Source of the DNA: an uncultured Candidatus Binatia bacterium
Lineage (GTDB): Bacteria; Desulfobacterota; Binatia; Bin18
Length of the DNA stretch: 64,000 nt
Assembly (NCBI GenBank): GCA_965200965.1
Contig: OZ241744.1
Location: 2,912,001-2,976,000 of the forward strand
Direction: 5' to 3'
In this document: positions 20,287-30,859 of the stretch, piece after piece
Layout: every line of letters begins with the position of its first letter
Numbering within the stretch: the first letter of the stretch is position 1
Translations under genes and position numbers: made by a program
The notes under the pieces: generated by a model
What the model saw: the letters and a program-made list of their open reading frames with translations, nothing else
The model's database searches: none
What the model was told of the DNA's origin: nothing

Positions 20287-21432
20287 GTGCAGGATATCCA
20301 GGACCTTGACCTGCTCATGCTGAGCATGGGGGAGAAATTCCGGGCGGAGATTGTCCAGCCGATCGGACCACGCCCAACACGCCTGCCGGTTAAGCAGTCC
20401 TTTTCGCTGGCCGTGACGCACGCCTTTTTGGGCTTTCCCCAGCTCATGCGCAGGCGCACGCCCAGCCCCGAGCGTGTCGCTCGGCGGGGCAGGCGGCTGG
20501 GGGATACGGTTTCGCCCCTGTCGATCTGGATGCTGGGGTACTTCTTTCTGGTCGGACGGGAGGTTGTGCTCGATTTGGCACCCGAAACAGCCGACGCCCT
20601 CCAGGACAATGTTGCTGAGGTCCTGGAGTTCTGGCAGTGCCTGAGTGCGGCGCATCGGGGCGATGGGCATCTCGACAATAGCGACGCCGGCCTGACCAAC
20701 CGTTTTTTGCCAAAGGCGCTCGTTGAGCAGTTGTATCAGGGTTTGGTCCCGGCGGATGGGGAAATGCGCCGGCTGGTGGCGCGGTGTGCGGCGACGCTGG
20801 AAGCCTATCTGTTCGACCTGAACGCCGAGGCGCATGTGGGCCTTGCCGATTCCGGCCCCTACCCGCTGAGTACCGACCGGGTGCTGATTGTGCGGGACTT
20901 TTTCGATCTCAAAGGCCGCTTCTATCCCTGGCGAGAGACCGTGGCCGCGCTGCCGTATGCCAGTTGTTCCCTGGCCTTTACCCTGGACCCAGCCGATTTT
21001 CAGCGCATTGCTGTGCGTGACCGGGCGGCTCTGCTGACCTCTCCCCCGGATTATACCCGGCGGCTGCGTGAGATCGCCTTTGTGACGCATGACAGCGGTC
21101 GGCCGCGCCTGCTGCCTTTTACCGAAATGGATCGGCTCGTCCGTGCCGTCAAAAAGCTCCAGCCGCGTCTGGCCGCCTGGTTTGCCCGTCTGTCGCCCTA
21201 CGGCACTATTATCCACGGGGCTATGCCCTGGGTCCTGCGGCCCCTCTCGGTGATTGGCACGGCCGAAGACTGCTTTGACTGGCAGCCCGACCCCGAAGCG
21301 CTGCGTTTGCTCTCCTTGTACGCCGACGACGAGGCGCGGGCGGTGCGCTGGGCCAGCCACCGCTGCCTGGCCCCGGGCCGCCCGGCGTTTGTGTCAATCG
21401 GCGCGCGTTCGGCCGCGGGCAGGCGCGGGTAA
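20287..21432 (+). CDS. Hypothetical protein
   Basis: 381 aa ORF, host-like GC, purine-rich RBS; no family recognised. Confidence 0.65.
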   Translation: MQDIQDLDLLMLSMGEKFRAEIVQPIGPRPTRLPVKQSFSLAVTHAFLGFPQLMRRRTPSPERVARRGRRLGDTVSPLSIWMLGYFFLVGREVVLDLAPETADALQDNVAEVLEFWQCLSAAHRGDGHLDNSDAGLTNRFLPKALVEQLYQGLVPADGEMRRLVARCAATLEAYLFDLNAEAHVGLADSGPYPLSTDRVLIVRDFFDLKGRFYPWRETVAALPYASCSLAFTLDPADFQRIAVRDRAALLTSPPDYTRRLREIAFVTHDSGRPRLLPFTEMDRLVRAVKKLQPRLAAWFARLSPYGTIIHGAMPWVLRPLSVIGTAEDCFDWQPDPEALRLLSLYADDEARAVRWASHRCLAPGRPAFVSIGARSAAGRRG

Positions 21433-22343
21433 AAGTACAGCCGGGCCGGTACGCTGTCCCGCTCCTCGCTGACCGTATAATAGCCCGTCCCGTCGGCCTT
21501 CCAGCCCAGCGCTTCGCCCTGGGGCTCGGGCAGATAGGGCAGGGTGACAGGCCGGGCGGTGAGGGCTTGGTGGATGGTCTGACCGGGGCTCCGCGTCCAG
21601 TAGTACACCGCGCGGTAACTCTTGAGCAGAATCTCTGCGCCCGATGGGGAAATATCCCCGCCAACCAGCCAGGCGTCCTGAGCGGCGTGCTCATTCAGGG
21701 CCAAAGTGGCGACCCGCTCAAGCGTGATGGGAGCGGTGGTCAATTGGGGGGAGGCGGCGCGGTAGACACGCACCTGAGGCTCGCGTTTGGAGATGACGTA
21801 CAGGTCTTTTGTAATCGGATCGACCAGCAAGGTTTCTGCGTCGCGTTTGCCGTCCGGGTAGCGAAAGGAAATTGTCTCAATGTTGGACAGGGTTTGGCCA
21901 GCGGCCTGCCCAGCCCTGACCCGTGGTTCTGGCACACGGTGGATATATTTCAGATCACGTCGCGCCCGGTTATCGCCAATATCGCCGATATACAGGTAGG
22001 ACCGGCCGGCCTCGGGGCCTGGTCCGAGCGCAATATCTTCCCAGTCGTGGTTCTTGACACCGTTCAGCACATAGGTGCCGAGATGGACGCCCCGGGAGTT
22101 GAGCGCAAACACCCGGTTTGGCTGTCCAGAGTCATTATGGACCCAGAGCACCCCCGGATTTTTTTGACTGGCGACAATGCCCGAGGCTTCGCTGATGGGC
22201 GCGTGTTCAACCAGCCCCCTATCCACCCGCTCCCCGAAGCGAGGCGTGCCGCCGGCCGCCTGAGCAGCCCAGCCGGCCAGGACCAGACACGCCACACCGA
22301 CCAACAGCGGTGATGACCGCGCTCTCTGCCAGCAAGCTCGCAT
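21198..22343 (-). CDS. Secreted beta-propeller-like protein
   Basis: Signal peptide; EASGI, WVHNDSG, DWEDIALGPG, GDIGDN, DAETL, QGEAL repeats. Confidence 0.75.
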   Translation of the reverse strand: MRACWQRARSSPLLVGVACLVLAGWAAQAAGGTPRFGERVDRGLVEHAPISEASGIVASQKNPGVLWVHNDSGQPNRVFALNSRGVHLGTYVLNGVKNHDWEDIALGPGPEAGRSYLYIGDIGDNRARRDLKYIHRVPEPRVRAGQAAGQTLSNIETISFRYPDGKRDAETLLVDPITKDLYVISKREPQVRVYRAASPQLTTAPITLERVATLALNEHAAQDAWLVGGDISPSGAEILLKSYRAVYYWTRSPGQTIHQALTARPVTLPYLPEPQGEALGWKADGTGYYTVSEERDSVPARLYFYPRLPAAERAPIDTNAGRPGARQRWLAQRTARASSSAYKESKRSASGSGCQSKQSSAVPITERGRRTQGIAPWIIVP

Positions 22344-22466
22344 CCTTGTCTTTATACCGCCGGGAGCGAAACACGGCTATGATGCACGGCCTTAGCCCCG
22401 AATGCCGTGTCTGATAGGATGACGCTATGCCCGGCTCGGAGTGCTGTAGCGTGAATGCGAGAGGCC

Positions 22467-23372
22467 ATGCTGCCCGCAGTCTTTACCCCCCAATTTCTGG
22501 CTCGCCTGGAAACCCTCCGGCTTCGGTCGCGGCGACAATTTGTCGGCAGTCGCCCGGGCCGACATATTTCGCCCCGCCGTGGGGCCGGGCTTGAGTTTGC
22601 CGACTATCGCCCCTACACCCCGGGCGATGATCTGCGCGCCATTGACTGGAAACTGTACTGCCGCACCGACCGTCATTACATCAAGCTCTTTCAGGCAGAA
22701 GAAGACCTGTACACCTCTCTGTTCCTCGACCTGAGCGCCTCAATGGCGTATCCGGTCGGCGATGAGAAGTATGCTGCGGCCCGCAACCTGACACTGGCCC
22801 TAGCCTATATCGTGCTGGCCGGGGATGATGCGGTCAAACTGCACGCCTTGACCAGCGATGAGACCGAGCCGGCCACGCCGTTTCTTCGCGGGCGGCGACG
22901 TTTTGTCCAACTGCACGATTTTTGTACCAGGCTCCAGCCCCGGGGCCAGCCGCATCCTCCGACCGCCCTGGCCGGCCACCTGCACGCCCTGCACCGTCCG
23001 GGGAAAGCGATCTGGGTGTCGGATTTCCTCTTTTCCATCGAGATGTTCCAGGCTTCGCTCAAGCTGCTGCGGGCGGCCAACTTTGACCTGTCGGTCATCC
23101 AGGTGTTGGGCAGGACCGAGACCGACCCGCCGCTCGTGCCGGCCGGGGCCCGCTTTGTGGACAGCGAGAGCGGTGGCTCGGCCCTGATCCGCTTTGACGC
23201 CCGGGCCAAAAAAGCCTATGTTGAGCGCCTGGAGCGTCACAGCCGAGCGTTGCGCAGTGCGTGTCATCAGGCCGGGGTGCGGTATGCGCAATTGGTGACT
23301 GGCGCGCAGGCACTTGGTGATGTTCACGATTTTGTCCTGCGCGAATTGCCGGCTCTGGGCGTGCTGCGCTAA
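22467..23372 (+). CDS. DUF58 domain protein
   Basis: G.EFADYRPYTPGDDLRAIDW, LDLSASM, VSDF. Confidence 0.92.
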   Translation: MLPAVFTPQFLARLETLRLRSRRQFVGSRPGRHISPRRGAGLEFADYRPYTPGDDLRAIDWKLYCRTDRHYIKLFQAEEDLYTSLFLDLSASMAYPVGDEKYAAARNLTLALAYIVLAGDDAVKLHALTSDETEPATPFLRGRRRFVQLHDFCTRLQPRGQPHPPTALAGHLHALHRPGKAIWVSDFLFSIEMFQASLKLLRAANFDLSVIQVLGRTETDPPLVPAGARFVDSESGGSALIRFDARAKKAYVERLERHSRALRSACHQAGVRYAQLVTGAQALGDVHDFVLRELPALGVLR

Positions 23373-23392
23373 GGGGTCGCTGGGTCAAACCT

Positions 23393-25288
23393 ATGGACTT
23401 CTCATTGCTGTCGGTGTCGTCCGCGGCCCCCCTGTTGCTGGCGCTGCCGGCCTTGCTCCTGCCCTATCTCTTCCGTCGGCGGGCCAGGCGGGTCGTTGTC
23501 CCCGGCCTGTTTCTGTACGAAGGTCTGGCCGCCGCGGCCACACAAGGGCTGTGGGGCCGCTTACAGCTCGCGCCCCTGTTCCTCCTCCAACTGCTGATTC
23601 TCTTGCTGTTGATTCTGAGCGCAGCCCGTCCGGTCGTCCACAGCCGCGGCGGCTCGGTCGCCCTGGTTCTTGATACCTCTGCCAGTATGCAGGCGCGTGG
23701 GCCTGACGGAACCACGCGCGTGTTTGAGCTGGCCAAGCAAGAGCTGTGGTCCAGCGTGCAGACGACCCCCGATGGAGAACGTATCGGGCTGTTTACCTCT
23801 GCTCCCTCGCCAAAAAAGATCGCGGAGAGCATCTCGGGCCGCGGCTGGTCATCGGCACTCTTTTCCCCAGGTGGTCCACCGTTTGAATCGGAGTCTTCTC
23901 TGCGCCGGTTGCTCGAACGTATTGAGGCAAGCGATACCCCCGACCCGAGCGACGAGGTCTTGTCCGTGTTTTTTACCCAGCTCTTCGCCGAGGAGGGCTT
24001 TCGGCACCTGGTGTTCTTTACCGATAGACCCCTGGCCTTGTCAGCCCAGGCGCACATCTCGGTGGTGCAGCTTGGCGAACCCGGCCCGAACCTCGGCATC
24101 ACCGGCTTTCGCCTGTACCGCAGCCCCTTTTTTCCCGACACGGTTGAGGCCACGTTGCGGGTCGAGGGCGTCGCCCCCACGCAGGGCTGGCGGGTCGGCA
24201 TTGAAGATGCTGAGACCGGTCAGCAACTCCGGTCGCTGGCGGCGAGCGCCGACCAAGAGACCTTTTCTTTTACCGACTTGCCCGTGGCGCGCAGCTACCG
24301 GGCGCGGCTGTTGATCGAAGACGATCTTGGCCTCGATAATGAGGCCTATGCTGTCCTGCCCCCACCGAGGGCGGTATCGGGGCTGCTGGTCACGCCGTTG
24401 CCCGCCCGCGCTTCTGGTCTGTCCCAGATTCCTTCTCTCAGGCTTGAGCAGCTCAGCCCCCACGACTATCGCCCGGAGATGGCCGCCCGTTTTCCGTTTG
24501 TGCTTTTTCACCTGACCGCGCCGGCGAGTCTGCCGTCGAGCAATGCCGCTTTTGTATTGCCGCCCGAGGGCAATGCCGTCTTCCCCTTAGGCCGGTCGGC
24601 CACCGAACCTGACATGACCCGCTGGACGGTCGGCCACCCGCTGGTGAGCTATGTGCATATTCCGCTCTTGAAGCCCGCCTTTGGCCAGGCCCTCTCGCCG
24701 CCGGCCTGGAGCAAAACGGTCGTTCACGCCACACCCGGACCACTGATCCTGGCCGGCGAACGACGCGGCTATCGCTACGCCGCGGTCGGGTTTGACCTGT
24801 TGCCCTACCTTGGCCGGCAGAATTTGCCGGTCTCAATTCTGACCCTGAATCTGCTGAGTTGGCTGGTCGGTCAGGCCGGCCTGCCGCCCAGCCTGAAAAC
24901 CGGAACCAGCCTGACCCTGGGTGGACCCTCCCCCCAGGTCTCCGGGCCAGCCAGCCAGCCCCTGCCCGTTGCCGGCCACAGTCTGCGCCTGCTCAAGCAG
25001 GGGGTATATCGCGTCACCGAGTATGGACAGCCGCGCCGCCTGGCCGTCAATCTCAGCAGTGCCGAGGAATCCCGCCTCGGACGGCCCTTGCGGCTGGCCG
25101 TGCCCGCGCCGCTCAGGTCGGAGCAAACGGCCCAGCGTCCGGTCTGGCCGTGGCTTATCGTTGCCGTGGTGCTGCTCGTCTGCCTCGAACGCTGGCTTGG
25201 CACAAAGAAGAATCGTCTTTCCCGGTCAAGAGGCAGACACGCCGCTTCCTCTGTGCCGGAAGAAGCCAGCAGCGCAGCCTGGGAATGA
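23393..25288 (+). CDS. BatA N-terminal + VWA domain membrane protein
   Basis: LLLPYLFRRR..VVPGLFL, LQLL..SAARP, LVLDTSASM MIDAS, DN.AY, EES..WPWL..LERW. Confidence 0.85.
   Translation: MDFSLLSVSSAAPLLLALPALLLPYLFRRRARRVVVPGLFLYEGLAAAATQGLWGRLQLAPLFLLQLLILLLLILSAARPVVHSRGGSVALVLDTSASMQARGPDGTTRVFELAKQELWSSVQTTPDGERIGLFTSAPSPKKIAESISGRGWSSALFSPGGPPFESESSLRRLLERIEASDTPDPSDEVLSVFFTQLFAEEGFRHLVFFTDRPLALSAQAHISVVQLGEPGPNLGITGFRLYRSPFFPDTVEATLRVEGVAPTQGWRVGIEDAETGQQLRSLAASADQETFSFTDLPVARSYRARLLIEDDLGLDNEAYAVLPPPRAVSGLLVTPLPARASGLSQIPSLRLEQLSPHDYRPEMAARFPFVLFHLTAPASLPSSNAAFVLPPEGNAVFPLGRSATEPDMTRWTVGHPLVSYVHIPLLKPAFGQALSPPAWSKTVVHATPGPLILAGERRGYRYAAVGFDLLPYLGRQNLPVSILTLNLLSWLVGQAGLPPSLKTGTSLTLGGPSPQVSGPASQPLPVAGHSLRLLKQGVYRVTEYGQPRRLAVNLSSAEESRLGRPLRLAVPAPLRSEQTAQRPVWPWLIVAVVLLVCLERWLGTKKNRLSRSRGRHAASSVPEEASSAAWE
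25232..25255 (+). repeat. 24-bp dispersed repeat GGCAGACACGCCGCTTCCTCTGTG
   Basis: 23/24 identical to 25826-25849. Confidence 0.75.
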
Positions 25289-25291
25289 GGG

Positions 25292-28018
25292 ATGGATACC
25301 GCTTCTCCACCTCTCTCCTGGTTGCTGTTTTGGCTGCCGTCCTGGCCGCCGTCGTTTGCCTTTGAGCGGCCTGAGTTTTTGTGGCTGTTTGCCGGACTGC
25401 CCCTGCTGTGGCTGGTGCAGTGGTCTCGGGCCGGGTTTATCAGCCTGGTGCTGCACTCTGTGCTGGTGGGGGTGTTGATTCTGTGTGCGGCCGGCTGGTC
25501 TGGCCTGCGGCCAGCAGCAGCCGGCGCGCGGCTGCTGCTGGCCTTTGACGTGTCACACAGCCTGACGCCCGACCAACGCCGCTGGATGCGGGAGACCGCG
25601 GTCCGGCAGTTCGCGCCAACACCCGACACGCCGACCCTGCTGTTCGCCGGCCGCGGCCAGTGGCTACCGTGGAGCCAAGCCGAGCCCTTGCTGCTCGCCC
25701 CGCCCCCACGCTTACAGCTTGAAGAGACGAACCTGGCCGGCGCGCTGACCAGCCTTTTAGGCGAGAGTCCGGAGCAAGTGAACGGGTCATCAGATCGAGA
25801 GGAAGGCGACACGTTCACTCCTCGCGGCAGACACACCGCTTCCTCTGTGACGATCTACCTGCTGAGCGACGGCTGGGAGACAGTCGGCTCGGCCGCCCCG
25901 CTCCTGCCCCTCCTGGCCGAACGGCGACACCGCCTCTATCCGTTTGCTCCGCCGGGTGCCGAATCAGCTCCGAATATCGCTATCCAGCGTATCGGTGCCC
26001 CGCGCATAGCGCAAAAGGGAGACACCGTAGCCCTGAGCCTGGTCCTCGACAACAGCAACCCCCGCCCGGTGCGGGGAGAACTGGCGTTGCGACACCACGG
26101 CCGGCCGGTGTGGCAGGGGCAGGTCAGCCTGTCCCCTGGTGTTTCCCTGTTGACCCGCCGGGTCAGCCTGTCCGAAGACGGTCTGGTTCCACTCCAGGCG
26201 ACTTTCACCCCAGCGGCCGGCGTACCGGACGCCCACCCGGATGATAACCGGGCGGTGGCCTGGGTTCAGGTCGGCACAGCCGATACGGTCTTATTGCTCA
26301 GCGCCCGGGAGCGCGACAACCGCTATCTGCGCCAGGTGCTGGGCACGCGCGGCTTTACGGTTGAGGCCGTGGATGTCTCTGCTCCTTCAACAGTGGCACC
26401 GGCCCCAGAGTCGTTCGGCGCGGTCGTCCTGAATAATGTGGACAAGAACAGCCTGCCGTCGGCCCTGCTGACCCGTCTGCCGACCTATGTGCATAACGGT
26501 GGGGGTCTCATCATGGTCGGCGGCGAAGCGAGCCTGGGGCTGGGCGGCTACACCGGCACGCCGGTTGAGCACGCCCTGCCGGTGTCTCTGACGCCGCCCC
26601 AAAAAGAACAAAAGCGGACGGCCCTGATGCTGGTGATTGATACATCGGGCAGTATGCGCCGTGAACAGCGGCTGCTGTTCGCCAAAGCCGGCGTGCGTGG
26701 CGTGGCCCGCAACCTGAAGGAGAGCGACCTGTTGGGCGTCATTGGCTTTGATACCGAGCCGTTTGCCGTCATTCCGCTGAACGAGTTGGGCCAGATTCAC
26801 CCCGACCTGGAGTCGCGGATCGACAGGCTCACCGCGGCCGGCGGGACCTCCCTCTTGCCCGCTCTCGAAGAGGCCAAACGCCACCTGGAGCGTCAAGACG
26901 CCACCCGCAAGCATATCGTTATCCTCACCGACGGCGAAACCGGCGGCAGTGGCAGCGATTATCTCGACCTCGTCGCGGTCATGCGCCAGGAACTCAACAT
27001 GACCATCTCGACCATTGCGGTTGGACGCCGGCCTAATCTGCGCCTGCTGTCGCGTCTAGCCGCTTACGGGGGTGGGGCTTTCCACCATACCACCGACCCG
27101 GCGAGCCTGCCCGAGTTGTTTATCGGTGAGCTGGAGGAAAAAGCCGAAGAAAAGACCATGATCGAGGCAGACCTCACCCCCGTCCCCAACCCGCGCTCGC
27201 CCCTCCTCACCGACTCGGCCAAGCGTCGGCTGCCGCAGGTCAAGGGCTATGTTGAGGCGCGGCTCAAGCCCGGTGCCCGCGGCGATGTGTTGCTACGGGT
27301 GAACGGTACATCACCGCCCTTGCTCGCCTCGTGGTCATACGGGCAGGGCCGAGCCGTGGCCTTTACCTCCGACGCCAACGGCCGATGGTCGGCACCGTGG
27401 ATCGGTTGGGACGGTTTCGGTGCCTTTTGGGAACAGGTCGTCCGCTGGAGCCTCCACAGCACGGACAGCGGGGCAAAGAAGACCGATTTTACGGTCGAAC
27501 TCGGCCACACCGACCAGGGGCTGGTCATTGATCTCTTCTCGCACGCCGACCAGGAACGTGGCCGAGCGGCTTTTGCCGAACTCTGGCTGCCGAGCGGTAC
27601 GACCCGCGGGCTGTCTTTGGAGCGGCTGGCACCGGGTCACTACCAGGGGGTATATCCCGACCCCCAGCCGGGCGACTACCGGATCGAAGTGCGCCTGCCG
27701 TCGGGCGAAACGCTGGGCCCGTTGGGCTATACCGTGCCAGCCCTGGGCCGGGGAGAAGTCCCCCGGCCCCAACCGAACCTGGTCCTGCTGGAAACCCTCG
27801 CCCAGGCCACCGGCGGGAGTCTCAATCCAGATCCCAGCGATGTTGTTCACCGAGGCCGGAACATGTCATCAGATCGAACGGAAGGCGACACCTTCCGGCC
27901 TTCGGTCAGTCCGCTCCGGCCCCAGCCCTTTTTGCCGTATCTGATACCGCTGGCCATCGGGCTGTATGTGCTGGAGTTGCTGGCCCGGCGCATGGCCGAG
28001 GAGCCGTCCGGGCGCTAG
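25292..28018 (+). CDS. VWA + glutamine amidotransferase-like domain membrane protein
   Basis: DVSHS, LLSDG, GGGLIMVGG..GLGGY, VIDTSGSM, ILTDG, W.YGQGRAVAFTSD. Confidence 0.85.
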   Translation: MDTASPPLSWLLFWLPSWPPSFAFERPEFLWLFAGLPLLWLVQWSRAGFISLVLHSVLVGVLILCAAGWSGLRPAAAGARLLLAFDVSHSLTPDQRRWMRETAVRQFAPTPDTPTLLFAGRGQWLPWSQAEPLLLAPPPRLQLEETNLAGALTSLLGESPEQVNGSSDREEGDTFTPRGRHTASSVTIYLLSDGWETVGSAAPLLPLLAERRHRLYPFAPPGAESAPNIAIQRIGAPRIAQKGDTVALSLVLDNSNPRPVRGELALRHHGRPVWQGQVSLSPGVSLLTRRVSLSEDGLVPLQATFTPAAGVPDAHPDDNRAVAWVQVGTADTVLLLSARERDNRYLRQVLGTRGFTVEAVDVSAPSTVAPAPESFGAVVLNNVDKNSLPSALLTRLPTYVHNGGGLIMVGGEASLGLGGYTGTPVEHALPVSLTPPQKEQKRTALMLVIDTSGSMRREQRLLFAKAGVRGVARNLKESDLLGVIGFDTEPFAVIPLNELGQIHPDLESRIDRLTAAGGTSLLPALEEAKRHLERQDATRKHIVILTDGETGGSGSDYLDLVAVMRQELNMTISTIAVGRRPNLRLLSRLAAYGGGAFHHTTDPASLPELFIGELEEKAEEKTMIEADLTPVPNPRSPLLTDSAKRRLPQVKGYVEARLKPGARGDVLLRVNGTSPPLLASWSYGQGRAVAFTSDANGRWSAPWIGWDGFGAFWEQVVRWSLHSTDSGAKKTDFTVELGHTDQGLVIDLFSHADQERGRAAFAELWLPSGTTRGLSLERLAPGHYQGVYPDPQPGDYRIEVRLPSGETLGPLGYTVPALGRGEVPRPQPNLVLLETLAQATGGSLNPDPSDVVHRGRNMSSDRTEGDTFRPSVSPLRPQPFLPYLIPLAIGLYVLELLARRMAEEPSGR
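25778..25818 (+). repeat. 41-bp palindromic element, copy 1 (in frame in VWA gene)
   Basis: GTGAACGGGTC-ATCAGATCGAGAGGAAGGC-GACACGTTCAC. Confidence 0.85.
27857..27897 (+). repeat. 41-bp palindromic element, copy 2 (in frame in VWA gene)
   Basis: CGGAACATGTC-ATCAGATCGAACGGAAGGC-GACACCTTCCG. Confidence 0.8.
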
Positions 28019-28032
28019 GCGTGCCGCCGGCC

Positions 28033-29691
<1,659 letters not shown>

Positions 29692-29710
29692 GTTGTGTGT
29701 TCAGAAAGGA

Positions 29711-29751
29711 GCGAACGTGTCATCAGCCCGAGAGGAAGGCGACACGTTCAC
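29711..29751 (+). repeat. 41-bp palindromic element, copy 3 (intergenic, left edge of R-M island)
   Basis: GCGAACGTGTC-ATCAGCCCGAGAGGAAGGC-GACACGTTCAC; stem extends to 29706-29756. Confidence 0.85.
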
Positions 29752-29779
29752 TCCTTGGGCGCGTGGAGTCAGAAAAGGG

Positions 29780-30214
29780 TCACAGCAGCTCAATCTTTTG
29801 AACGCTGCAGATGTGACCGAAATCCCTGAGATTGAATGTCAGCATTGCGTCTATGCGGACATTTGTATCCGCAAGGATTGCACACAGTACTGAATCCACA
29901 AGGCTCATGGGCTTGCGTTGTGTTCTCGCTCGTGTAAGCGCGTCCTCATAGGCTTCAAGTCGATACGGGCAATCATTGAGAAACTCTGTCCCGGGCGCAC
30001 GCATGAGGCTTTCAAACCGGGCAATCGTCTCTGGTCGTCCAGTGAATCGCGTGTTGATGGTCTCGTACAGAATTGGCCACGGCATGATAACAGCAAGCTT
30101 TTCCAGCCATTCCTGTTTTTCACACGCGGCGGCGTGATGCTGATCTCTCTCGTTAAAGAGGGCAAAAAAGAAACCGGAGTCAACCAGAAGCGTGTTATTG
30201 GAAGTCCTGCTCAT
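29780..30214 (-). CDS. PIN domain protein (VapC-like)
   Basis: LLVDSGFFFAL...DQHH, ILYET, SLVDS, LTFNLRDF. Confidence 0.85.
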   Translation of the reverse strand: MSRTSNNTLLVDSGFFFALFNERDQHHAAACEKQEWLEKLAVIMPWPILYETINTRFTGRPETIARFESLMRAPGTEFLNDCPYRLEAYEDALTRARTQRKPMSLVDSVLCAILADTNVRIDAMLTFNLRDFGHICSVQKIELL

Positions 30215-30518
30215 CGTCGTGCTCCTCGCCGGTTCCATATCCGTCCCAGGGGGCGCTTTTACGCCTTCCGATGATGTAGCGACCTTTGAGTCTGTTTTTA
30301 TCCCGGTACACCAGATAGACCCGCGAGCGTTTGTTCAGCGAGACCGCCTCTGCTATCTCGGTCTTGAGAGCTTCGGCTATGTCTCCGTCACAGGAAAACT
30401 GGAAACACGCGACGCTGCTCCCGCACTCTTTTGCCCGGTGGTCGTCAAGCCAGGCGTACATGCCTTCGTAATCGCCTGACACGCCCAGATCGAAAGATAG
30501 CCAGATTAACCTTTCCAC
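30195..30518 (-). CDS. Small protein with Cas2/VapD-like N-terminus
   Basis: LIWLSFDL-x4-DYEGMYAWL (strand ending in Asp, then helix); overlaps the PIN start; fold is inferred. Confidence 0.6.
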   Translation of the reverse strand: MERLIWLSFDLGVSGDYEGMYAWLDDHRAKECGSSVACFQFSCDGDIAEALKTEIAEAVSLNKRSRVYLVYRDKNRLKGRYIIGRRKSAPWDGYGTGEEHDDEQDFQ

Positions 30519-30553
30519 AGGCTTCTCCTTTTAGCGCTTTCGTCATCGCCGAC

Positions 30554-30859
30554 TCAATTCTTTCTTATGGCATAGCTCTTCCAGTTGGGCACATGCGCCG
30601 TCAGCAGGGCCTTGAAGAGCCGACCGTGGTTGGGAACACGCAGGTGCAGCAGCTCATGGGCAATGACGAAATCCTGGAATCCCGTTTCCTGAGCGGCCAA
30701 GTCGGCGGCGAAGGTGACAATTCCCGAGCGTGAGCAAGACCCCCATTTCCGCCTCATGGGCTGAACCCGCACCTGCCGCGGCCGGACGCGCAAGCGCCAC
30801 GCCCAGCATGCAGCGCGGGCGCGGAGGCTCTGGCCCCGGTCTGTGTCAGGTGCCGGCAT
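30554..30859 (-). CDS. M48/YgjP-like zinc metallopeptidase (short form)
   Basis: [25 protein letters not shown]; overlaps the hsdR stop. Confidence 0.85.
   Translation of the reverse strand: MPAPDTDRGQSLRARAACWAWRLRVRPRQVRVQPMRRKWGSCSRSGIVTFAADLAAQETGFQDFVIAHELLHLRVPNHGRLFKALLTAHVPNWKSYAIRKN

Noticed and set aside
22467-28018. DUF58-BatA-VWA cluster lacking MoxR as a novel system
   Set aside because: Common cluster; moxR may lie elsewhere in the genome
30195-30518. cas2 of a CRISPR system
   Set aside because: No cas1 or array in the window; fold similarity is only inferred
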